Assembly (NCBI RefSeq): GCF_018350175.1
Contig: NC_058377.1
Location: 109,120,001-109,184,000 of the forward strand
Length of the DNA: 64,000 bases
Direction: 5' to 3'
Source of the DNA: Felis catus
Lineage: Eukaryota
The position numbers and the translations under genes are program-made. This document shows, in pieces, positions 11,669 to 26,092 of this stretch. The notes below the pieces were generated by a model. The model did no database searches. It had not been told where the DNA came from and saw only the letters and a list, made by a program, of their open reading frames with translations. Position 1 is the stretch's first letter. Every line of letters begins with the position of its first letter.

Positions 11669-14600
11669 CTGAGGGAAGGCGGGAGGGGGAAAATCGCCAC
11701 AGGTGAAAAGATGAACCAAAAAGGGAGGAGCACCATTGCCTGTGGGGGGCTGGGAGGAGCAGCCTCGGTCTGGCCCAGGGCAGCTCTACGGCCATGGGCC
11801 CACCAGGGCCACCCCACTGCAGGTGCTCAGCATTCCAGCCCTCCCTGACCAGTCCTGGTTGTGGGGGGCTCCATCCCCTAGCCCCATCGACCTAGAGCTT
11901 CCCCACCCCCACGCTGGCTCCTGCTCCCCAAACTCCCAAAGTGCCCTCAGACCCAGACCGCTCTAACTGGGGCCGCTGGTCTGACACAAGCACTGCCTCT
12001 TTCTGGGCTTCTTTCTAGGAGGCTGGGCTGGGGGAGGGGGGCGGCAGGAGGCAGAGCAGCTCCTGTGGTTCTTACCATCTGCTTTTCTCTTCTGAGGGGA
12101 CACAGCCGCCCTAGCCTGGGTGGATGAGAAGAAGAGCCCCCCTTGAGAGTCTGCCTCCAGCTTGGCAGGTGCCCTCCTCCACATCAGCCTCTGGGGGGGG
12201 GGGCGGCGGGGGGAGGCTGCCGGGTCAGTGCTGCATCCACACGGGTGGGGAGCGGAGGACCCTTTCTAGGCAAGGCTGTGATGTGGTCTCCCAGTCAGAG
12301 GCCAGGCCAGCCCAGCTGCCTTCCCGCCTTCCCTCCCTCCCTTCCTCCTATCCCATCAAAACCTGCCCTGGAAGGAGGAAGGGGCGGACACAGACTAAAA
12401 GGTCCCTCTTGCAGGGAAGCCTCAGGCAAAGGGGGGCCTGTGAGCCGACGGCGATGCCAGGGGACCTGGGCTGAAGGCAGGAGGTGCCGAGGGACGAGCA
12501 GAGCTCTCAGGCCCTCAGGAAGCCCACGTGTGGTGAGCCTGCAAGACCAAAGCAGGGGGTGCCGGCCCCACCTTTTTGATAGCCGTCCAGTCCTCCAGGA
12601 TGTCAATCTCCTGCAGCATGTACACGATGTAAGGACCTGCAGCGGGGGTCAAGGAAAGCAGGAAGCCCAGTGGAGGGGGTAGGCAACAGGCCTCTGCCCC
12701 TCTGCCCCTCTGCCCGGGAGCTCCAACACTTGGGGGAGGTGGCACCACAGCGGGGAGGGGCTCAGGACCAGAGTTAGAAAGCAGGCTCCGCCTCCTACCT
12801 CTTGGTTCCCAGGTTCTTGGGGTGGGGCCTATGGGGGGTACGGAGCCACACCCCTACCTACCCTTGGCTCCCCCTCACCTCCTCTCTCCAGTTTAAAGGT
12901 CAGCAGTCCAACACCCATCCCACCCACTCAGGGACCTTGCTCCTTCTGTTCTGACCCCTCATCCGGCCCCTTCTACACACACACTCCAGTCTCTTCCATC
13001 GTGGAGGTGATCCTCCCTTGGTCTCACGCTCCCCTCTGGGGACCATCCGCTCTGTCCTCTGTACCTGATATCTGCACGCCCTCACCTCCATTCACCCGTC
13101 AAGGCCTTGCAGCCCTGTCTCCTCCCTCCCTGCCTGGACTGCCTGCCATCACCAGGCAGCCAGCGCCCCGAGAACCTGAGGCCGCGGAAACACCCGGTGT
13201 GGAGACAAGGGCGTGAGAATTCCATTCAAGTCTGTGCTGGACGACGTCAGCAGGGACAGAGGCTCAGCAGACCCTGGGCTGAAAGGGCTCATGCCTAAGG
13301 TGACAGGCAACTATTCCTATATGGGATGCGGGTGCCCCCAGTTTAGGCCACGGGGGTGCAGAGGAGAGAGAAGCCATAGCCACTGGGGAGGTGGCGGGGG
13401 GGGGAACCAGGAGAGGCTTCACAGAGGAGGTAACATGTGAGACAAGCACCGGAGGGGCAGAGATGGGCAGCAAGGCATCCCGAGGGAGGAAAGTGGGGGT
13501 GGGTGGGGTGGTGGGACAGTCTGGGACCTGTCCGGGATGGGACGTCGTGGGAAAGCCAGAAGGGCCTCAAAAGAAGTTATGGGGAGTCACTGAATGGACG
13601 CTCCTGTGTCTCTAGGGTCCACACAGCCCAGGAGAGACCCAGGGCCCCACAGAAACTCCCTGACGGCTGGACTTGCCTGGACAGGGCTACGTGAGGCCAA
13701 ATGACCATAAACGCGTCTAGTCTGACTCTGTCCTCCGTGTCCTCCACCCCCTCCCCCAGTCTGGACGTCCTGCCCAGTTTGGGTGCTCGTGGGTGGAAGG
13801 ATACCAGAAACGAGAGGCGCCTTCTTCCTCTTGCTGGGCGGCAGAGAATCCCAAGTCTTTGCGCTGCTTCCAGCATGGAGTCTGTCATCCCACCACTCTG
13901 TGCCCCCAGACCCGGAGTTAGGAGCGAGGCGCCGGAGCCCCCGGGGCACCCTACCCTTGTAGCCTGGGCCTTTCACGCGAGCCAGGCCGTCCCTGACCCC
14001 TCCTCTGCCTCCCGCGGCGGTGGAGGGCACCCTCGCCCGGGGCTTGGAGGCTGAGCTCAGGCCCAGATGGCACAGCTGTGCAGGCCAGGGAGAGAGGTCG
14101 CTGCACTTTGGTGAGCCCGGTTTCTTCAATTGTTTAGGGGACAGTGGGACAATGACAATTCTGGCCTCTTTAGGACCCCATACGAACACAGGCGCTGTGG
14201 ACGCAGAAGGGACTGTGGCTATTGTACGGGCGGGTGCGTCAGAATGACACCTCCTGTTCTGGAAAGAGAGCAGGGGCCGAGGAGGGTACGGAGACCCATT
14301 CTTTGTGAGCCTCCACTCTACACCAGGCACTGGGCCGGGTCCTTTCTGTGCCTGGTTCCACTTAGTCCCCACGGTGACCCCAAGAAGCAGGTCCTCCTCC
14401 ACGCCCCTCGGGCGGGCAGGGCAGCGGAGGCCCCGCCAAGGGGTGGGCACGGACAGAGCAGGGCCCAGGGCAGCCTCACCAGAGCTGATGTCCAGGCTCT
14501 GGCGGTCCTCTTCCAGCCTCTGGATCCGCTCCTGCAGCTCCCCCTGCAGGGTGTCGTAGAGCAGCAGCTTCTCACTCTGGAAGGGGTGGGGCCGCTCAGC

Positions 14601-15499
14601 AGGGCTGCAGGGCCCAGCCACTTCCGTTTGCCTCCCCCAGCGCCCAGCCCCATTCACCTCCAGGTGCTGCTTGGCTCCCTGCAGCTCACACTCGTACTTA
14701 TTCCGGATCACGTCCAGGCAGAAGCCCTTGTAGATCCCTGCAGGGGGAGGGAGATGGGAGGCCCCGCTCGGCCAGGGACCTGGGGCTCCAAAAAGGGGAG
14801 CCAGGAGCAGGGCTGGGCAGGGCAGGGATGAGAAAAGAAGGGAACCATGGGTTCTGGCAGAGGAGGAGGGAGGGGGTCCAGAGCACAGGGCAGCCCGCAG
14901 ACCTGCCACCTGAATGCGGATCTTGAGGCTCCGCTGCAGCCCCCCCAGAGGCTCTGTGTATTCAGGCGCTCTCTCAGCCCCCACTTCCTCCAGCCGCACC
15001 CTCAGCTGACTCAGCCGTTCCCTGAACAACCTGGGGGGTAAAAGGCAGCATGTTTGTCCCTCAAACACGAGGCCAAGCGCCTGCTCCGTGGCAGGCCCGG
15101 CACGTGAGGCCCTCGGCCACCCCTGCCCGGCACCAGGCCCGCTGCCTCCTCACCCCGGGTTCCCGAAGACCCAGCCCTGGGCGCCCCCCACTCACTTCTC
15201 CTTTAGCTCTGAGAACTGCTTCTCCAGGTCCAGCATCTCGTTGACGCACTCGCCGCGACGCCGCTCGTAGTCCTCATCGTCCATCTCTGGGACAAGAGGC
15301 CGGTCAGGGCTGGCTGGGGAGGAGCGGGTGGGCACCGGGGTGTACGCCGTGGGGGCTCACCTGAGCTCTCCTCCTCTGACTCAGTCTGGCTGCCGCTCCG
15401 TTCCTCCTCGCTCTCTTCCTCCTCCCCATTCATCTCAGCGGCTGAATCACCCTCTGCTTCCATCTCTTCTGTGTCTTTGCCTGGAGGCTGCACGGGCAT
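11661..15499 (-). CDS. BRMS1: Breast cancer metastasis suppressor 1 (SIN3-HDAC subunit, Sds3 family), whole spliced CDS, 246 aa
   Basis: Coding exons 15361-15499, 15196-15286, 14903-15030, 14658-14737, 14480-14576, 13805-13897, 12572-12636, 12076-12115, 11661-11668, total 741 nt. Reads [16 protein letters not shown]...[36 protein letters not shown]. Confidence 0.97.
12076..12115 (-). CDS. BRMS1: BRMS1 coding exon 8
   Basis: [13 protein letters not shown], donor GTAAG. Confidence 0.93.
12572..12636 (-). CDS. BRMS1: BRMS1 coding exon 7
   Basis: [21 protein letters not shown]. Confidence 0.95.
13805..13897 (-). CDS. BRMS1: BRMS1 coding exon 6
   Basis: WWDDRLH...[12 protein letters not shown] (NLS). 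Confidence 0.95.
14480..14576 (-). CDS. BRMS1: BRMS1 coding exon 5
   Basis: [11 protein letters not shown]...SLDISS. Confidence 0.95.
14658..14737 (-). CDS. BRMS1: BRMS1 coding exon 4
   Basis: [26 protein letters not shown]. Confidence 0.95.
14903..15030 (-). CDS. BRMS1: BRMS1 coding exon 3
   Basis: [10 protein letters not shown]...IRIQVA. Confidence 0.95.
15196..15286 (-). CDS. BRMS1: BRMS1 coding exon 2
   Basis: [29 protein letters not shown]. Confidence 0.95.
15361..15499 (-). CDS. BRMS1: BRMS1 first coding exon
   Basis: ATG at 15499, acceptor 7 nt upstream, acidic N-terminus. Confidence 0.94.
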
Positions 15500-17292
15500 C
15501 TGGGCTCTGGGAGAAGGAGGGGAGCCATCACTTGCCACTGCCCTTAGTTCCAAGCAGGAGACTGGCCCTGCCGGGAGTCGAACCAAGCCCTGTCTGCACT
15601 TCGCCCAGAAGCCTGGGAGCCGTGGAAACGCTCACATCCTTGGACACTGTTGGCGATCCCAGTCTGCGGAATGCCGGCCAAGGGGATGGTCCAGAAGATG
15701 GGAAACACCGATGGGTTCCCCACTGCCTCTGGGACTGGGCCCAAACTTGTGACTGCACTGGTCCATTTTCCTCACCCCACTATCTAAGGGGTCAGTCGTT
15801 AAGTACACCATTCCTTCCTCCTCTTCACGCCTTCCTGCTGATCCCTCTGCCTGGAATGACCTCACTTTTCTTTTGGAGAACATTCTGCAATCCTCTTGTC
15901 CTCTCACTGTGCTCTGGGTCAAAGCCCACGTCCTTCTGCTTCCTCTGGAGCCTCATGCTAACAGCGTCCCCATCTCCACTGCTCCGGCAGCTCTCCCTCT
16001 TGATGGCTCCTTCCCATGAAACTTCAGGCGTGATCAGTGCTACCCGCCCCCCCGCCCCCCATTTAGAAACAGCAGAAACACAAGACCTTGCCCCATTCCA
16101 CTTAACCGCTCCCCATCTCCCACTTCACAGCTACACTCTTCAAGGCTCTGGCTGTTCCTACTCTTGAATCCCCAGGGTGTTCCATTCCATTTCTCTATGC
16201 ATCGCCCTCGGCTGAGGCGAATCATGTGGCCTTAAGCGACAACCTCCTTGTGCCCAGTGCCAGTATTTTTTAGTGCTTATCTTAGTTGACTTCTCAGCAA
16301 GAATGAACACTATTAATCATTCCTCCTTTTAGATACTCATCTGATATTTACTAAAGGTCTAATATAGGCCAGGTACCGTCAGACAGTACGGCAGACGCTG
16401 TGCTCAACGAGGCAAATAAACAACTTGAGATAGACCTCAAGTTTACAGGTTCCTGGGAGAGAGGCAGAGAAGTGGAACTGTACTGTGGTGTGAGAAGAGT
16501 TAAGACTGGGGAGGGGGGCATATGGCAGAGCCATCTAACTGGAACCTGGAGCTTGCTCCAACAGTGAGGGCTTACAGAGGAAGATCCTTGCTGCATCAGC
16601 AGGGAGGGCTTGCAGACAGATGAGCTGGGATGGCTGGGGAGGGAACTTTCCAAGCAGACTGAACAGCATGTACAGAGACCCCCAAACGAGAGAAAGGGCA
16701 GGGTGGGGGGCAGAGGAGTGGAAGCCTCAGAGAGAAGTCTGGGCTGCAGAGATGTGATGGTCGTCAGCATACAGTGAGTTCTTCAGGCCTTGGGAGAGGG
16801 TGCAACCAACAGGGCAGAATGTGTGGAGAAGAGGTCCATGATGGAACTCCCAGGGTCACCAAAGGGACAGATGATGAAACCCCTGCAAAGGAGAAGGAAA
16901 TTAGCAAGAGGCGGAAGAGGAAAAATTCAGTCACGGGAGAAAGAATTTCAGGAGGAAGGAGCGGTAACAATGCTGCCAAGAGGTCACCTACGAGGAAGAC
17001 TAAATAGTCCTCTCAACAGATAATCTCTCTGCCTACTGGAGGCTTCTATTTGGTGATGTTCTTCCCACTTCCCCGGGCATGGCTTTGTAGTTCTTTACAT
17101 GCATGCAGACACCACTCCCTCCGGGAAGCCCTATTTATTTACATGTCCTCCCTGCCCATTTTCACGTTTGCCCAACCAGGCTGTAAGCCTCACCAGGGCA
17201 GGGATGCACATGTACCTTATTCATCCGGCATAGTACTTACTCACTTCACGGCTAGAGCATGTGCGAATACAAACTAAACAAAGCACACTCTT

Positions 17293-17424
17293 GGGGCGCC
17301 TGGGAGGCCCAGTCAGTTGAGCGACTGACTTCGGCTCAGGTCATGATCTGGCGGTTTGTGAGTTCAAGCCCCTCTTCCAGCTCTATGCTGAGAGCTCAGA
17401 GCCTGGAACCGGCTTCAGATTCTG

Positions 17425-17460
<36 letters not shown>

Positions 17461-17513
17461 CCTCCCCCGCTCAAGCTCGCTCGCGTTCTCTCTCTCAGAA
17501 AGAAACATAAAAT
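17293..17513 (+). mobile_element. Can-SINE in BRMS1 intron 1
   Basis: ggggcgcctggg head, (CT)n, A tail, 18-bp TSD TAAACAAAGCACACTCTT. Confidence 0.95.
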
Positions 17514-18049
17514 TAAACAAAGCACACTCTTTCAGGGCAGGCATTTATTTCTTGGTCGCCCCAGGGCCCAGTAGTGGTAGCAAACCCACCAGGTACTGTT
17601 CGCTTTCCTCGACACCAATTCCAGTTCTGTAAAACTGGCTCACAGGACGGTTTAGTCACATTCCTCAATGATTTCACAAACGATCTGAACCTGACCTGAA
17701 AACCCTCAGTTCTCCAAACCAGCCTCATCTTTCCCATTGTCAAGCCCCAGTTCCTGCAGTTCCCAAATTTTGCAATCCCTCTTCGTTGCTAAATGTAGAC
17801 GTTTACTTTGTCTCCAGCGGTCTCTGATTCTAACGAGGAGCCAATTTAATCACAACCTCCCCTCCTTACCCTGGTGCAAAAAGAGGGTCACCCTCGCCAT
17901 TCTGAGTGTTGTAAAGATTGCAAGGGATAAGGGACGGAAAGGAAACTTGTAAGGCGCTGGGCACACTCAATTTATATTTTTAGAAAGTGAGCAAGCATTT
18001 CGAGGGCAGGCCTCTACATTAGACCAATTCTTCTCCCTCGAGGAAGCCA

Positions 18050-18660
18050 ACCCAGACCCGGCGCGGCGCGGCGCGGCGCGCCAGGACCCTCCCGCCCGGT
18101 TCCATTCCCGTCTGCGCCGGCGCCGCGGGCGGGGCAATCACCGGCTCTTCGGCGGCCAGCTGCGGCCCCGCGGCGCCGCACGCGTCCGGCCGGTTAGGTC
18201 CCCGCTTCCGCCCTCACTGGGCTAGCTCCGACCCACTGGCCAGAGGGGCCGAACCAGGTGCCATGAGCAGCGTTACGCACCGCGGCGAGTGGGGCCTCCG
18301 GGTTGACGCCTGAAACTCCCTAAGAGGTGCCCGCGGCCGCCGGGCTCCCGGAAGCGTCGCGCCCTGGCCTCTTCCCCGGGAGGCGGGGCCCGCCGCACTT
18401 CCGTGTACGCGATCAGGAGGCGCCCGTCGCCGAGCTCACATTTGGGCAGCTGGGGGCGAGGCATGCTGGGATACCGCGGGGCCGGTCTCCATAGCAACCG
18501 GCCGAAATTCGCGCAGGCCTACGGCGGGTGGAGAAGGCCCTCGTGGTTTTCTTGCCCCGCTGTCCGCGCCCCTCTTTCCCCGGTCCCCCCGCCCCTCGCG
18601 TGAAAGGGAAGAACCGGCGAGCCCACCCCCTGCACGCCAGGTTCGGGAGAGTAACGGAGC
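18050..18660 (-). promoter_or_regulatory. BRMS1 CpG-island promoter and probable non-coding exon 1 (~18281-18400)
   Basis: High CpG density, ETS sites (ccggaag ~18348, acttccg ~18398), GC box, X-box at 18485-18498, candidate donor GTGCGT ending at 18280. Confidence 0.75.
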
Positions 18661-18682
18661 CAGCTGTAGGTGTGAACACTCA

Positions 18683-18688
18683 TTTATT
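18683..18688 (-). terminator. B4GAT1 polyA signal AATAAA
   Basis: tttatt on + strand, about 650 nt past the stop codon. Confidence 0.65.
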
Positions 18689-18964
18689 TACATGTGGTCA
18701 TCGGTAGGCAAATAGCCCAGCCCAGCCTGTTCGAGGGTACAGATCTGGCACGGAACCTGCAGACTCTTCCTTTCTCCAGAGCTCCTGAAGGCGGAGGCCT
18801 GGAAGAACCAGGAGGTGTAGGCTTCTGCCCGAAAGCTAAGAAGTAAATCCAACGCCTCCATCTGATTTCTTTCCAAAAAGTTCATTTTGTTAAGTCCTCC
18901 GACTTCCCAGTTCTGCCCTGTTCATACTCTTTGCTCTCCTACTGCCCACCCACCCAAGATTGTT

Positions 18965-19230
18965 AATAATAATAACAACAATAATACTGTAATAATATTA
19001 ATAATACTTCACATTTGTACGAAGCTTACAGAATGTTTTCACATGTAGCATCTCATCTGAGCCTCCCAACAGTTCTGTGAGGTAGGTATTTTTCACCTCC
19101 CTTTTTACAGATGGGATAACTGAGGCTCAGAGAGGAAACGGGATGTGCTCAAGGCCACACAGCTAGTTAGTGGTAAAGCTAGGACTTGATCCCAGCACCC
19201 CATATTCAAGTCCAGTGTTCCAACACCACA
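18965..19230 (-). mobile_element. MIR in the B4GAT1 3'UTR
   Basis: MIR core ttttacagatgggataactgaggctcagagagg. Confidence 0.8.
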
Positions 19231-19334
19231 GCTACCACCGTAAAGTGGAGTGACATTTCTTACCCCTGTCAGGCCTGAGGGACGGCCTAAGGAGGGAAGA
19301 GGCTGAGACTTCTCGGACTAGGGGAGGGAAGGGC

Positions 19335-21330
<1,996 letters not shown>

Positions 21331-21394
21331 GGGGGCTCGGAAGGTGCGGAAGAGATGAGAGATAAGGGTGTGTGGAACAAGGCGCCCTACGTGG

Positions 21395-21476
21395 GACGAG
21401 GTGGCCGAGTGGTTAAGGCGATGGACTGCTAATCCATTGTGCTTTGCACGCGTGGGTTCGAATCCCATCCTCGTCG
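21395..21476 (+). tRNA. tRNA-Ser (anticodon GCT), 82 nt
   Basis: GACGAGG/CCTCGTC acceptor stem, A box TGGCCGAGTGG, anticodon loop CTGCTAA, long variable arm, B box GGTTCGAATCC, TTTT terminator at 21483-21486. Confidence 0.98.
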
Positions 21477-22949
21477 GTCGCGTTTTAGACGGCGTGAGGT
21501 GTGTACTTTTCTGCTTTCCTATAGGAAAGGGGCCAGAGGTTCAGCGGCACCCAGAAGACCCTGATTGGAATTCTGGCTGATGCCAGACTTGTGACCACTA
21601 TGTCGTCTGCAGTAATTAGAGAGGCCCCTCCGGAGGTGCTACCGTAGTGTCCAAAGTAGTGGAATTTGGAAGTGGTGAGTTTGATCACTTAAATTATTAC
21701 TCTTTTCAGCCCACTGATTCCCCTCCCGCTAGCAATTCTCCCAGAGCGGACACCATGTGTCCACACACCTCTCCCCTCCTCCCCAGCACAGTTTAAGCAG
21801 GAGACCTACAATATTCTAACCGTAGCTAACGTATACAGAAGGCGCTTAATACGTGTTTGTGAAATAATTGATCCATGGACTGTTCAGAAGAGGAAAGGCT
21901 GAGGGGAAGGGCAGGTACTTCGACTGCTAAATCCATGATATGTAATAACTATTCGTGCTTTGTGAATCTTGGGGAAGCAGCTTTGGGGCAGACTAGGGAG
22001 GGCCTCCAGTTGCCAGGACAAGGTTTGCCCTCCTCTCGACAGGCAGCCAAGGCTGTTGAATTGAAGAGGACCAGGGGACCTATATTCTGCAACCCCAGCA
22101 GTAACACCTACTGAGCACCTGCTCCACACCAGGGGCTGTGTTAGGTACCCCTGATAGGGCCTTGCAGGACGCTCGACAGGTACTATCTTTGAAGGTTTTC
22201 ACTGGTGACCTGTACTGGGAGAGAGGAGAAATGAATGTGCAGATCCCTTTAGCACAAGCCTTGCAAACCGAAGGCTCGGACGTCAGATTTGGTGCTGTTA
22301 GGGTCTTTTTTGACCTGCTCGGTGTTGAAAACAACCATTTGAATCACGTTAGTGGTTAACCTTGGTGAATCAGAAGATTTCACGGAAAATCCCCACTGCC
22401 AACTTCTGTTTTAAATTCCAAAAGATCTGGCAATTCCAGGCCGGGCCTGCATTTCCACAGGGTGACAATCAACCAGAAGGTAAGAGTAGCTCACCTTTTG
22501 CAAATAGTTTTCTCTTTGCTAGAGGCTCAACCCTGCCCCTTCACTACTCACCCTGGCCCTTTGAGCATTTGACTTTCATCTGCAGCGCTCACATAATACC
22601 ACCTCCACTGAAGATCTGCCCAGGCATCTGCTCCCAGTACCTTCCACCTCCCCCGCGCTACAATGCTAGCCACATAGCAGGCAGCAATCTGTGTTTGTTG
22701 AATGAGTGAATAGGAAGCTTCTGAAGTGTCCCCATTGGCCTTGGCATAAGGGGAGACCGAAAAGTAGTGACTGGGCCTCACTGAGGCGTCAAGATCAAGG
22801 AAAACCACACAGAAAACCCAGAGGAAGGCCTACAGACTGCTATTGTGGGCGGAAAGGCCTGGCTGGGGAGACACGCTGTCTGTGATGGAGCAGAGCATGA
22901 GAGAGTCAAAGACCAGAGTTGAAAACCATTAATAAGGGGTCTGCTTTCC

Positions 22950-23332
22950 ACGTACCTTACTCTCTGCGTCTCTTCCCTCTGGCCATTCCTGATTTATATA
23001 TCCCTTTGTAATAAACCTGTAAACCAGCGAGTGAAATATTTCTCCGACGGCTGTGATTTGCTCTAGCAAATTAATCAGATCCACTGAAGGGGCTGCTGGA
23101 ACCTCTGATTGACAGCCAGTTGGTCAGAAGCACAGGTGACAACCGGGACTTCCAACTGGCATCTGAAGGGCGGGCGGTCTGGTGGGGCTGAGCCAGTCGG
23201 CTGTGGGATCTGATGCTGTTTCCAGGTAGATGGTGTCAGAATTGAGTTGCATTGTAGGACACTCAGCTGGTGTCAGAGAATTGCTTGGTGGGGGGGGGAG
23301 GAAACCCACACGTCAGAACTGGTGTCAGAATC
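22950..23332 (+). mobile_element. MER21-like LTR fragment
   Basis: gccagttggtcagaagcacaggtgacaacc...ggtagatggtgtcagaattgagttg. Confidence 0.7.
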
Positions 23333-23395
23333 GTATGTATAGAAATACAACTGAATTTTGTGTGTTCCTCTTGAATTTTCTAATTTTGCTGAATT

Positions 23396-23534
23396 ATTTT
23401 TTTAATGTTGATTTTTGAAAGAGGGAGAGAGGGAGAGCACAAGCAGGGGAGGGGCAGAGAGAGAGGGAGACACAGAATCTGAAGCTGACTCCAGGCTCTG
23501 AGCTGTCAGCACGGCTGAGCCACCCAGACGCCCC
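23396..23534 (-). mobile_element. Internally deleted Can-SINE
   Basis: Head joined directly to the 3' half (cagcac|ggctgagcc). Confidence 0.85.
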
Positions 23535-25007
23535 TCAATTTATTCATTAGCTGTAAGTGTGTGTGTGTGTGTTGGTGTGTGTGTGTGTGTATGTGTGTGT
23601 GTCGCGTGTATATTCTTCAGAATTTTGTTTTCTGTATATGTGTGTATTATATCATCTGTGAATATGGATAGTTTTGCTTCTTTCTAATTTGGATGCCTTT
23701 TATTTCTCTTTCTTGCCAAATTGCCGGAGTTAGAGCTTCCAGTACAACATTGAAAAGATGAAATGATAAAAGCGGGCTTTTCCCTGATCTTCGGGAGAGG
23801 GTTTCAGTCTTTAAACATTGAATATGACATGAGGTGTGGATTTTTCATAAATTTTCTTCATCAGGTTTAGGAAGTTCCCATCTATTCCTTGTTTGTTGAG
23901 TGCTTTTATCTTGAAAGGGTGTGGGGTTTTGTCACATGTTTTTTTTCTGTATCAGTTGAGATGATCTTGTGTTTTCCCCCCTTCCCTCTATTAACGTGGT
24001 GTATTACGTTAAGTGGTCTTTTTATGTCGAAGCACCTTGCATTCTGGAGGGGATCATGCTGGGTCATGGTATATAATCCCGTTGATGAGCTATGGGTTCT
24101 GTTTGCTAGCATTTTGTTGAGATTTTTACATCTATATTCATAAGGGATATTGGTTATTAAGTTTTCTTATGATGTCTCTATCTGGCTTTGGCATCAGGGT
24201 GGTACTGGTCTCATAGAATGAATGAGTTAAGAAGTGTTTCTCTGCTCTTGTATTTTTTGGAAGGGTTTGAGAGGATTGGTGTTTGTTCATTCTTTAAATG
24301 ATTGGTAGAATTAGCCTGTGAAGTCATCCGGTCCTGGAATTTTCTTTGTTGGTACATTTCTGATTACTGATTCAATCTTGTTACTTGTTATAAGTATGTT
24401 CAGACTTGCTATTTCTTCTTTAATCGGTTTTGGTAATTTGTGTGTTTCTAGAATTCGTTAATTTCATCTAGGTTTCTTGTTTGTTGGTGTACAACACAGT
24501 ATTCTCTTAAAATCCTTTTTATTTCTGGATGATCAATAGTAATGGACCCACTTTCCTTTCTGATTTCAACAGTTTGAAGGTCCACTTTCTCTTTTTCTTG
24601 GTAGTCTAGTCAAAACTTTGTCCATTTTGTTGATCGTTTCAAAGAACCAACTTTGTTTCATTGATTTCCTGGGTTGTTTTTCTGCCCTCCACCCTAATTA
24701 TTTATCGTGTTCTTTCTTTCTGTTAGCTCTGGGCTTAATTTGCTCTTCTTTTTCTAGTTCATTGAGGTGTAAAGTTAGGTCAGTGATTTGAGACCTTTCT
24801 TTTTTTTTCAGGACCCGGATATCAAGAACCTCACACTCCACCCACTGAGCTGGTCAGACACCCCCTTCTTCCATTTTAATGTAGGCATTTACAGCTATAG
24901 ATTTCCTCTCAGCATTGCCCCGGCCGCATCCCATAAATTTCAGTGTGTTGTGTTTTCATTTTCTTTTCTCTCGAAGCATTTTCTAGTTGGTCTTTTGATT
25001 TCTCCCT

Positions 25008-25065
25008 TCTTCCTTCCTTTCCTTTCCTTTCCTTTCCTTTCCTTTCCTTTCCTTTCCTTTCCTTT
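25008..25065. repeat. (TTTCC)n pentanucleotide microsatellite
   Basis: Direct reading. Confidence 0.95.
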
Positions 25066-25646
25066 GATGGGGGATTTTCAAGGTAGTTCTTTTATTTTTT
25101 ACAGCAAAGCAATTGCAAGCTAATCGTAGAACATAGTATACATTGTATAGATTGTTTTTTTTCCCCCAAAGTATTGCAGTATAGTTGACATACAATGTAA
25201 TGTTAGTTCCAGGCATACAACCTAGTGATTCTACAGTTCCACATCCTCCTCAGTGCTCACCACATCCCACCTGTCACCACACAACGTTATAACAACATTA
25301 CTGACTGTATTCCGTATGTGCTACTTTTCATCTCTGTGACTTCTTTGTTTTATAACTGGAAGTTTGTACCTGTTCATACCCTTTGCCTGTTCCACCCGTC
25401 CTCCTAGCCCCTTCTCTGGCACCCCAACAGTTTGTTTTCTGTATTTATGGGTCTGTTTCTGCTTTATTGTTTGTTTTGTTTTTCAGATTCCACATGGGTG
25501 GGTGAAATCATATGGTATTTGTTTTTCTCTGTCAGACTTACTTCACTTAGTATAATGCCTTCTAGGTCCTTCAATTGTAAATGGCAAGATCTTATTCTTT
25601 TTTATGGCTGAGTAATATTCCACTGTGTGTGTATGTGTCTCACATC

Positions 25647-26092
25647 TTTTTTTTTTTCATTTTTTTTCATTTTTTTTAACATTTATTTATCTTTGAGACA
25701 GAGAGAGACAGAGCATGAGCAGAGGAGGGTCAGAGAGAGAGGGAGACACAGAATCCGAAACAGGTTCCAGGCTCTGAGCTGTCAGCCCAGAGCCCGTTGC
25801 GGGGCTCGAACTCAGGGACCGCGAGGTCATGACCTGAGCGGAAGTCGGACGCCCAACCAGCTGAGCCACCCAGGCGCCCCTTTTTTTTCATTTTTAAAAA
25901 TGTTTATTTTTGAGAGAGACAGAGCACAAGTGGGGGGAGGGGCAGAGAGAGAGGGAGACACAGAATCGGAAGCAGGCTTCAGGCTTCAAGCTGTCAGCAC
26001 AGAGCCCGACTCAGGGATCGAACTCATGAGCCATGAGATCACGACCTGAGCCGAAGTCGGACGCTTAACCGACTGAGCCACCCAGGCGCCCC
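25647..26092 (-). mobile_element. Two tandem or nested Can-SINEs
   Basis: Heads at 25880 and 26092, outer TSD ctcacatct. Confidence 0.92.

Noticed and set aside
15328-16167. 279-aa + strand ORF in BRMS1
   Set aside because: Non-ATG start, no recognisable domain, overlaps an antisense exon and probable L2 remnants.
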